DNA from: Zygnema circumcarinatum SAG 698-1b
Lineage: Eukaryota > Plantae > Zygnematophyceae
Assembly: GCA_037447605.1 (NCBI GenBank)
Contig: CM074815.1
Coordinates: 1,178,001-1,242,000 of the forward strand
DNA: 64,000 nt
Reading direction: 5' to 3'
The position numbers and the translations under genes were made by a program. Below are positions 32,035-47,816 of the stretch, piece by piece. Numbering within the stretch: position 1 is the first letter of the stretch; every line of letters starts with the position of its first letter. The notes beneath the pieces are model-generated. The model was not told the origin of the DNA. It was given only the letters and a program-made list of their open reading frames with translations, and searched no databases.

Positions 32035-32682
32035 TTAGGGTTTTTTTGGGTATTTAGGGGTTTTTAGCAGGGTTCTTCAAATAGGGGATTTCGGCTTAAG
32101 ATAGGGGACTGTCCCCTGTCCCCTAAGGGAGTGAGACCATTTTTCATTTCATTTCTAATTTTAGTTCCTATTTCAGTTTTTCTTTTGTGACTACATCTAG
32201 AATTTCAGAGGTTATGATTTGGAATAGAGTTTTTGTGAGAAAATTTCAAGACTATGATGGATTCTAAAGTGATACTTGGAGTAATTAATGATGGATGGAA
32301 AAGGAAATAGAGAGCTTAGGATTGGATTTACAAAGTTTCCGAGCAATTGGGTTTTTGAATAAGCAACTATATGTTGTGATTGCCAAATGCACAGTAAAGT
32401 AAAGTAAAGTTCATATACATCATTGCTATCGTAGTTGCAAATGCAATTCATTTCCTTTTTGTTTTTAACCAAAAAAATGCTTTTTTGGGGCTTGTGTGGT
32501 ATTTAAGTTGAAATCACGTAAACTAATCTCAAAATCTTACATAAATAAGCTATTTACGATATTTAGGGGATCTCCCCTATTTGAAGAACCCTGGTTTTTA
32601 GGGTTTTTAGGGTTTTTAGGGTATTTAGGGTATTTAGGGTTTTTAGGGTTTTTAGGGTTTTTAGGGTTTTTAGGGTTTTTTT
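32033..32682 (+). repeat. Interstitial telomere-like (TTTTTAGGG/TATTTAGGG)n tract split by a MITE
   Basis: Tract at 32033-32067 and 32594-32682, with about 9 near-perfect 9-mers in the right part. Confidence 0.85.
32068..32593. mobile_element. hAT-superfamily MITE (526 bp)
   Basis: Perfect 21-bp TIR CAGGGTTCTTCAAATAGGGGA (32068-32088 / 32573-32593) and 8-bp TSD GTTTTTAG (32060-32067 / 32594-32601). The interior is AT-rich with no transposase. Confidence 0.85.
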
Positions 32683-32686
32683 ACAA

Positions 32687-33262
32687 AGAATAGAATATAT
32701 CGACTTGGGGTGAACTGAAATATATCGAATCGGAATAGAATAGAATATATCGACTTGGGGTGAACTGAAATATATCGCATCGGGATAAAACAAGATATAT
32801 CGACGGTGTGAACTGAAATATATCGAATCGGGATATAATAGAATATATTGACTTGTTGTAGACTGAAATATATCGAATCGGCATAAAATAGAATACATCG
32901 ACTTGGGGTGAACTGAATATATCGAATTGATATAGAATAGAATATATCGACTTGTGGTGAACTGAAATATATCGCATCGGGATAAAATAATATATATTGA
33001 TTTGGGGTGAACTGAAATATATCGAATTGGGATAGAATGAAATGTATCGACTTGTGGTGTCGTACCGATATGGTTTGGAATATATCGAATAGATTCTAAT
33101 TGGAATATATCGAATTGTTTGGATTCTAATATATCGCATGAGTGCGAACGAAATATATCGAGTCGAGATGAGTTTAAACATATCGACATTATTGAAACGA
33201 AATATATCGATTCGAGATGAATCGAGATATATTGATCTATCTGAATCGGAATATTTGGAATC
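32687..33262. repeat. AATATATCG-core satellite (right arm, same orientation as the left arm)
   Basis: Same 25/50-bp units; it degenerates toward 33262. Confidence 0.9.
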
Positions 33263-34294
33263 GGTCCGAAGCGGCCAAACTCTTCCCTCTGCCGCCACTC
33301 GCATGCAGTACAGGAGTCGTCTGGTCTGTGGAACGCCGCTGCAGGAAGGAGCAGGCGGAAGGCTTTGAAAGTTAATTAAAATAATAAAAAAAAAGAACTA
33401 ATCAAGGGAGTCTTTTGCGCTTAGCCTGCTTCTGCTGTAGCTCCGCAAAAGAGTCTGCAATGCCTCTTCAAGAGCACGGCAACCTTCAAAGTGCGAACAC
33501 CGGGGGAGACTAAGGCCCCCTCCAGAGGCATCCGCGGATCCGCCCCTGGTTGGTAACCTGTATGCAACTCTCACCCTATCACGAATTGATTTTATTTTTC
33601 CTTCATTTTTCACACTATAATCTGGTTTCATATTCGTTATTTCTCCGGAAAAAATCCGTAAAATGTCCTCATATTGTTGCTTGCTCACAACTCCCTCGTA
33701 AAAGCATGCGCGCAAATCGGAAAACTTTCGGTGAATACATTAAACCGTAATTGAGGGTTGTAAGGATTTTCGATTACTGCAACCTTCAAAATTTCAAATA
33801 CACGGGCAGAAACCCCTTGTCCTAAGCAGTACAACTCGTTTCTTTGCTGGATTCTATGACCAAAAATGCTCGATTAAGTTTCGCTGACGAAGGGTGAAGG
33901 CTTCAAACATAATCACATTTTCTGCGAATAATTCGGTTTGATGCCATCAACAATCGCGAAGTCATGGCAGGAAATGCGCCGTTAGAATGGAGCTTGTTAT
34001 TGGCCTAATAATGCAGGAGTTAAAAGAGTTATAAAGCTTAATGGCGACGTAAGTTGTTATGTGTAGATCAGGAACATAGCAAGCGAGCCTGCAGCAGGCA
34101 TCGCTGTGGTTCACATCCCTAGGCGGCCGTTTTGGCCATCGAAAGTTGTAATGATGTTGTGAAGCACACATGCCAAAAGAAAGTATTGAGAAAAGAAGTG
34201 TAAACCATTTCAAACAAATATATTGAATTTTTTTTCTAGTTTGAACAACCTCCCACTTCTGAAATGTCACTCGCACCATTGCCTTGGAAGTATT

Positions 34295-39179
<4,885 letters not shown>

Positions 39180-42100
39180 TGTATCACGAATGACAGTCAG
39201 CCGTCCAGAAATTCAAATAAAGCAAACACTCCTCAGCCTGCTCCCCTTTCTGAGAAGCTCAGCTTGACGCATGCATTGCCTTCCTTTTAAAGCTTGTTAC
39301 CAATGTGCACAGGGCGCCAAGGCTTCAGAAAGGAAAAACAGGCAGCCGCACCACCTGCGTAGGAAGCGGATGAGGCTGAGGTAGAGCCGCATGGCCATGC
39401 GCGCATTCGCATGCCATGGCCATGGCCGTGCCCAGTACCCGCAAGGCCATGCTCATGTGCATGGGCCGCCGTCTTTTCACTCCCGCCATCAGATCCGACC
39501 CTTTGGCTTCGCTCGCAAAGCGTACAATCTTGCTCGTCCCACGCGGCCTTTTTATGCGCGCGATTAGCGGAAGATCTCGGCCGCCGATGTCGACAGGTGG
39601 TGGACAGTGACGGCTGGCAGCCGTCGATCTCGCACGCCTCCCCTCGCGGTCCGCGCTTTGAGGGTGTCGCCGCCGGTTGCGGATCGCATGTCGGTCGTCG
39701 AAAGGACAAGAAAGCGGCATTGATCTCACGATGGCGATGATGCCATAAAATGTACATGGAACCACGAGGAGCTGGTCGCAATGGACCTTAGGACAAGAAA
39801 AAGGCTAAGAGCGGAAAGCTACGCATAGGCTCAACAACGCAGGCCTCCATCAAAGCAGTCGCGAAAGTCACATCGCGCGGAGGGAGGGAGGGAGGGAAGG
39901 CCACCGACACGGCCACCAACAACCGCGGCTTCACGCCGAAGTAGCGGAGCAGCGAGGAGGACAGCAACGCTGAAGAGCGACGGAAATGCGCTATCGATAA
40001 AAAGTAGTGAGGATTGATCGCTAGGAGAGGAGGGCTTTCGGGGCCGTGCGCGCATCTCCAAGGAGCGATCGATGGGCGCACGTACGTACGCAAAAGCGAA
40101 AGAAGGAAGGCATCCAAACGGGCGTCGAGGCACAACCAGAAATCTCAACAACCGTAGAAACAAACTCGTCGGCCGAGTCACGTCGCGACGGGCATATGCG
40201 CGGTCCTTGCGAGGGCTGCATCGCCTTCATGGTGCGCGGCACGACGGGGCGGATCGGGCCACAACACAACATCCCCAAACATGCGTCGAGCAGCGCCGCC
40301 CAAGAGGAGGAAGGGCCGAATCAGGACGAACTCCGAGTTTGCTCGTCCGTACTCCGCGCGTCGTCCGTACTCCCGAAAGCTTGTACAGTACAGTCAGCAG
40401 TCCTCATATTTTCCACCCTGTACAGTGCGTCCCCAAGAAATTCGCCCCGATTTTGCCGATACCACCTTTTTGTACGGTAACTCTGTGTTAGCCGTACTAC
40501 CCGTACTATCCGTACCCATAAAACCCCAAAACCCTACAAACCGTACTAGCCGTACCTGCCGTACTTTCCGTACTTGCTGTACTAGCCGTTACGGGCTTGT
40601 AGCGTAACGGAGCTGCGTTCGACGGATTTGCGTCAGTTCAATTGTACGTGACATATGCCTCTTCCGTGTCACGGATCAACGGAATCCAGGAGCTGCCAAC
40701 GGAGATTGAGAGAAGGCGGCGCCATGCGTTGGCGGTCCACGGAACGGCACACTATCCAGCAAGGCGCACTCGGGAACACCGCCTAAGGCCGCCAATTATC
40801 ATTCGTTGACCTATCCGAAGGCTCCACGTAGTCAGTCAGGCCTCTTAGTGGGCAGTTGGCCAATCAGAGGCTGTCACTGCTAAGGCTCAAGATCTATTGT
40901 CAGTGTTAAGTAGATGGGATGTCAGTGATGCTTGTTTGTCTTTTAGTGCTGGGCTTAGTATTTGTATTTGCTGTGTGGTTTGTTGTCTTGTTCTTCTTTC
41001 TTCTTTTCCTTCCTCTTCAGTTACAGCAACAGATGCTAAGTAAGAGAGTGAGAGAGAGAGAGTTCCATGCCATAGATAGAGAGAGAGAGAGAGAGAGAGA
41101 AAGAGTCTTCTTGCTGATAGCATTTAGACGTCCCATTCAGCCCAGTTAGACAAAGATTTCAGTGAGAAGACAATTTCATTGTAATGACATTCCCCAGCCA
41201 ACCGCTGGCTGGGGTGAGTTTCCAAAATACCACCTTTATCTAAGTTGTGTCCTGTTTTCCCTCTGCTGTCACTATGCCAAGCCCCTATCTTGCTCTATCC
41301 TGCCTTGCATTACTCTCAATGACCAATGATCACTAGAAGCCTAGCTAAGAGACTAGCCAAGTAGAGGACAGGGAAGAGGGTCCCCAAGGAAGGGCTCTTT
41401 ACGGATCAAGTCCAGCCGCCCGGTGAGCGTCTTGGAATCCACTGCGATGCCATTTAGCGGCGTACCTCACGAATCCCGGATCACGGCTACATCTTTGGCA
41501 GGCGATTACAGTACCACCCCAACCCTCGTCGATTCCGGCGCGGGCCCTTTCGGGTGGCTACGAAGCATCTGAAACTGCTTCGGCAATCTCCTTTTAACCC
41601 CGCTTATCTTGGTATGGGCTGAAGGTTTTGCGGTCCGCGTACCTTGATACGTGAAATTGCCCGATCTGTGACCCGTGTGCGGCCGCCATAGATGGCGCAA
41701 CAAGAGACAACCGAATCTTAAAGTATTGGTGGAGACTTGGGACCTCAAGAAGAAACAGGCGATCAATCAGGGCCGGATTGATTTCGAGAGGAAGAAGCGG
41801 TCGAGAGAAAGGTAAAGATGGGCATCACGAAGAGAACCCTTATCGGTCGGCTTTACACTTGGCGGTCCGAGTCGATTGAGGGACTGCGGCGACTCCATCT
41901 AGGCGGTGATGGCCATAAACTTCATTTGTGATATGCCTGCCGGGATGATCCAAACTGCGGCTGCCCGGTCGGTTTATCCGCGGCGCGGTCCGCGTGAAGA
42001 GAGGAATTAAGATTCCAGAGCACGAGGTCCCCACGCGTACGGACCGCGGAACCCGCGGGATCTCGGTCCGGATAACCCCTACTTTGCACCGGGGAGTCCG

Positions 42101-44355
42101 CGAAGCCTGCCCGGCGCGATCTTTTCTACAATGATGAGGATTCCTCGAAGACACCCTCACCTGCGGCGTTCACAGCGTACCCATCCGGCGACCCGGGCGG
42201 CGACTTGGGGGCAAGAGGCGGGGACGATGCAAGGACCCTCCGGCTTTCGCACCAACCTGCGAGAGGAAGCCTTGAGGTGGAATCACGAGTTTCCAGTAAG
42301 ATGGAAGGAATGATGGCCCGAAGCAATGATTCTGAAAAGAGTGAAGTGGGGATACCACGGGCATCATCACAAGAGGCTTCACCGCTGGCGAGGAAGATCT
42401 CTTTGAAGCATGGTTGAGACACCTTGAGGGAGAAGCGGTATAAGCATACACGAAGGAGGACCCGATGGATCAAAGTGGCCCTTAGAAGCCCATTTGGAAG
42501 GAGGCCGTCAGCCCGGAAATTTGTCCAAGCGGCACAAGGCGGATGTAAAGTCGGCAGCACGACCCGAGGGACACACATTCAAGCAAGCACCGGACAACGG
42601 ATTTGGATCCGATCCAGTGCTTGGGCAAACCCGGCTACATAGAGATACTTTCTGATGATGGCGAATTTCATTTAATTCAGGCGTTTTTATGCATGGCAAA
42701 TCTTGTCGAGAACTTGCGACTTTTTAAAGTTCTCACGTGGTTATGAGGCCATCGGCGAAGGATCTCCACGGATCGTGAGGCTGGCGACAACCCACGGCGG
42801 ATGCCGGGGCCTTGTTGTTAGAAAGAGGCGAGGCGAATTGAAGGATCAAGAGAGAGGCAACCGGCATATGCGACCACATTACATGAGCCTTCTGAGATCG
42901 CGGCAGATCGACTCTACCGGCGAGTTCACGAAGACCTGAGAATGGCGGTTGTATGATCACTATGCTACATCTTCTAGGAACAAGCCGTCTTTCTCCGGCA
43001 TCCCTGCTCAAGACGTCCGGTCAGCCCCTGTGGTGCAGCCTCTGGCCATAGCCAGCACGACCAAGCCCCTTCCCCTTTCTCCATACCCTCATGATCCTGC
43101 ACGACCCATTGAGCCGGCGGTGAATCCTCACATACGGATGTTTCTCGTCGGGATGTCGGGCTCCTTATTCGATCGCACGCGAAGAGAGGCTGCGGCGGGG
43201 CGATCTGGCGGCGTCGGATAGCGAGCAGGGGAGTTCCGGCGTCGTCTTGCACTGCGGCTGAATCATAATCAGCGTGCGTGCGGACATAGACTGCACCTGC
43301 AGCCGAGATCCACGGGACATGATGCGTGTGTGCATCAGGAACTCTCAAGTAGAGAGGCGAGAAAGGGGAAAGCGTGCTTGAGGGAAACTCACTGGAGAAT
43401 TAAGCCTTCGTGGATATGCTCGGCTACTCCCGCACCGCCGAGATCTCGGCTCCCTTTTAAGCAGCCTCCACTCCTTCACCGCTTACGGCATCACCCAGCG
43501 TCCACTTTATCCACACGCACCCCATGGACTCCCCTTCCCTGACAAACACATTGGGTGCTGAGCCCGATCCTGCTGCCCGCTCACGCACTGCCCAGATTGC
43601 CGCGGCATTACAACCGGCTTGGTCCGAATCCCCCATCACTTCTGAAGAGGGTGCTCAAGCCCGGATTGCCGAGATTGCAAATGCCTTGCGCAGGCTCCCT
43701 GTCAACCAAAGTGATCCTCATTCACATCCACTTTGCCCGTTTCCTCCCTACTTGAGTGTCAGCGAAGCCGAAAACTCCTTTGGCAAACTCACCGATGCGC
43801 CACCTGTCAGGAGAACTTGGGTCCTCCCTCCTTCCCTGGTCATCCATTGGGATCCTTTGAGGAAATTGGCGATCTCAATGAGGAGGCAGAGCGGTGGCCA
43901 GCGACGAGGCGAAACACCGGCGGAAGAGATGCCACATCAACCCTCCCCCATCGCCCTCGGGCTGACCCGTTCTACCCGGGCTGACCCGACCCGGCGACCA
44001 ACCCCGACGGATGGCCTCTCCGATTGAACGCATGGTTCATCAACTCATAGAACAAGGCTAAGATAGGCATTACGCTATCCTGATTGATGCAAGCTGGTTC
44101 GAGTCTTCGCCGTAGTTCGAAGAGGCTGGCCAGGCAGTCTGAAAGCCACCTACTTGACGCTCCGGTTCTATGGCATCTCCCTCGGACGTCCCTGCGCCCG
44201 GTAGATATCCACCACGGCGGCGCCTCCTCGGACCGATTACGCTCTCCCGCCATCCTCCTACCATGGGATTGAGATCCTCCCTCACGATCCCACACCCAGC
44301 GTCGCGAATCATTGTCGATGTATGGCTCAGCGGACATCGGCAAAACCATGATCAT

Positions 44356-44661
44356 TGTAGCGAAGCAAGCTATACATACATTGTATGGCACAGTACTTAC
44401 ATCCCATGGTTGCCTTTTAATGGTAAAGCAGCGAAATTGTAGATGTAGGAGGTCTTGTGTTCAAACCTTGCAGTAGGCGGGTTTGTTACATTGGTATCAG
44501 AGCCAGTGCCCGGTATTTGTAATCCACCCTAAAAACAGTGATCTCGAGGCATGATGCGGGAGCATGAAATGCGGGGGTATCCACGCTGATTACTTTACCA
44601 TTAAAAGCAGCAGCGGATGTAAATCTTAGAGCGTACAGCGGATGTATAGCGTTTGGCTACA
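44356..44661 (+). mobile_element. Rearranged TRIM copy with tRNA-like LTR, inserted in the Z protease
   Basis: LTR 44356-44490 (TGTAGC...TGTTACA), tRNA-iMet PBS TGGTATCAGAGCC at 44492-44504, an internal segment matching 50241-50278 (reverse complement), then an inverted partial LTR at 44593-44661. Confidence 0.7.
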
Positions 44662-47600
44662 TTGACCACGGGAACCATGCTGCTTGGCGATTACATCCAA
44701 GCTTTGTGATAGAGGCTGCGAGGGGTTAAAGTTAGCGGACAAGACACTTTCGAGCCCATTCCCCGATATGTGGGGGTTGAAGGGAGCTTACATGAAGGAC
44801 TGGGCAGCGCCCAAGTGGTCATCAGTCTTGGCGAGATGGGAGCCGCGATTGTAACAACTGCCCCACTAGCGGTACGAGCGTCTAAGAGATTGAAGAGAGA
44901 GAGAAGGAGAGAAGGAGAGAGAGAGAGGCGTGAGCTCAATCTTTGGTACAAAAACTCGGATGGTCTCCCGTCGAGGCGCCCGATCCCCTTAAGCTCCCCA
45001 GTTGAACCCCTGCATGGAGGGCCAGGAGAGGCCTTGTCAGAGCCGCGGCGTGGCGAGATCCTTAACCGAGTTGTAATTTGAGACAAGCGCGTGGTCTACG
45101 CCCATCTCCGCGAGGCGTCGTGACAGCCAGCCCGTCGTCTTGACGGCGCCGCGGCCTAGAAATGCAGCGGTCCCGGACTGTCGGCTCCACGTCCGTCTGT
45201 CTGGGGCCGGTGCCTGCCAATCAAAAAGATGCGCCCGCGTCTAAAATTGTATGCCGCCCAGAAGCGGCGCTTCCGGCATCTTGGCGTAGCGGCTAAATCT
45301 CGGCGGGAGGATGGTAATAATAAAGTCGCGTCCATTGCACATGCGGGCGACCCGTCTGATCAAAGAGATCCTTTGATCACTTGCGAGTAGTCGCGGTCGT
45401 ATTTGGCCCGAACACTATTATCCTGGCAGGCTCGAATTGGCTCATCGCGATAGAGCACAAATCGACTTTGCTACATGTCAAGCGCACTTGCTCTGGCGTG
45501 GGGACGGTACGCTCCTTCCCCATCATCCTGAGTCACTTACCACCTCAGCCTTCCCCAAAGCGCCCACGCGCGGCGCGGGTCTCTACGAGGAGATCACCAT
45601 GTACCGGCCGATTACGGCGGCCCCGATTCTTCTCGCTGGATGGCCAATTCCGATCTCTGGAAATGGCGAGACTCCCCTCCTTCTTCTCGAGTCGGCTCTC
45701 GGTGCGTCGGCCAGGAGAAGCGTACGCCAGTCTTGTCGCACCCGGCTTTCCCCGTGAGACCAGCCGTGATGAGGTGAAATTTTGGAAATAGAGAGGCGGG
45801 AATGCGATTGAGACTGCGATCTGGGGGCAGGTGACATTCCCAACTCACGCCAAGTCTTTGCGCCCGAGAATCACTGGATTTTGTACGACATTCACTTTCG
45901 ACATCGGCAAGACTCACTTGATTTGGAGCACCGCGTCGATGGGGGGATGCGCCTCGGTGATGACCACGACTCCACTACCCGGCTTTTGGCCCGTACCCGG
46001 CCGGCAGTGTCAGGCGGCCAGTCTCGGCGGAAACGTGGTACGCGGATGTTAGAGCAGGAGGGCGGGCCGGCCAGATTACGCCCCAGCCGGGATGGCACAC
46101 TCCGCTACTGTGGTGACTATGAGGCGCGGTACCATAACGGACGAAGTGGGGATCCTTATCACGTTACGGATGTGGACTGATTTCTCTCACGGCGTCTCCC
46201 ACTAGGGCCGATGGTTCTCGACGCGGACATCGCGAAAGTCGCCTGGCGATTCCCTGCGGCAGGCCCGTTATTTGCAAAACGGGGCTTACGCAGCTTGGCG
46301 CTTTGTGCGTGGGCCCGATTACTTCCGTTGAGGGCTCAAGAATTCCGGTCGGACTACGGCGCACAGCCAGCAGTGTTACATTTTATGGTACCTTACCGAA
46401 CCTTCGTGGATGATGCCTCCCTCCACAGCAAGGACTGGTCCTCCCACCTGCAACACATTGACCAAGTCCTCCAACAGCTCATCAGTGCGCGTTTGAAGAT
46501 TGCACCTAAAGTGCAAATGGGGCCATCGGGAGATCACCTATCTCGGCACCGCTGCATCAATGGCCTGAAACCATCACTCACAAGATCAAGCGACACCTTA
46601 TGCCGCATTCCACGTAACTCCTCATCACCTCACCAAGTCTTTGGGACCTCACCTCATTCTATCGCCGCTCATCATATTATGCCCTTATCGCTACGGCCCC
46701 TACATGCCTGGAGAAGCACGGAGTCCACTACGAACGGAGCCGAGCGCCAGATCCGCCTTCCCTGTGCGCTCAAGAGTGCCTTCTCGTGCCTTTATTCAGA
46801 CACCGACCCCACCCTGCCCAATTATCATCGGGACACGCCGACCGGAGTCGACGCGCTTTGGGGCAAAGGGCTACCAAGCCTCGATGGGGAACACCGGCCG
46901 CTATGCTATAGCCGGGTTTGTCTCGTGGAACCCCAGACCAAGTACGCCCCCCACCGAGGAGAGGCCGGCTATCCTCCTGCACCCTCGAGTAGTTCAAGCT
47001 TTCACTGCCTACCAGCCCGCTATCATCCGGATCGACCACATGCTCCCTCACCGGCCGCACATTATGGCTACCCTACGCCCTAAGTTTGCACCATGGGTGT
47101 TGAAGTTGGAGGTGTACAATGTACTCAAAGTCACTCACCGTCCCGGCCGTAGTCACGGCAATGCTGATGGCCTCAGTCGCAATCCCTCGGCTCCCCTCCT
47201 CTGCCACGATCCGGCCGTTCTTGAACCCATCCCTCCACCCACCCTCCTGAACCCTGAGCATCTTCCCATTGAGATCTTTATTGCAGAGCAAGACTTACAT
47301 GAGGTCATATTCGCAGATGGAATTATCGATATTCCGGCCACGGCCACCACCCTCCATCGCTGGCAAGACCCTGACTTCACCCACGGCCACCCCCATGCGG
47401 ATCCGTGGGAACTCCTCATGGACGACGATGGTGAAAATCCCTTTCTTCCTCCCCATTTCCCCAGCGCCAATGACGTCCATTCCGACTCCTCCCTTCAGCC
47501 ACGCCATGACTCAAGACGCCGCCTCTTTGTCACTCTGACACCTAGAGGGTTTCACGCCTCCGCCAAGGCTGAAATTCTCTCGGCCGATGATGACTGATGC

Positions 47601-47816
47601 ATTCCTCACCTCCCTCCGCCTTCCCCTGCTCCATTCCCTACCGAGCGATGGAAATTCTCGACGCCGCCCACTCCATTCCCAACCCCGCAGGCTTCCACCT
47701 CTTACGTATAGGAAGATGGTGGCCCCTCAAGGTGAGCGCTACGGCTGGCTCCGGGCTTTCCATGGCGCGTGAGCCGCTACATTGAAACTCGCACTGGCCG
47801 CTAACGCGGTAAGCGC

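Noticed and set aside
30556-33262. CRISPR-like array
   Set aside because: Monomers are contiguous with no unique spacers, the context is eukaryotic, and there are no cas genes.
30894-33304. Long ORFs on the minus strand with DIFQF/RYI and TLK repeats
   Set aside because: They are translations of the satellite and telomere-like tract; several overlapping frames are open and there is no protein-like composition.
33398-33715. 105-aa ORF faintly resembling a pre-integrase linker
   Set aside because: No HHCC or DDE motifs nearby.
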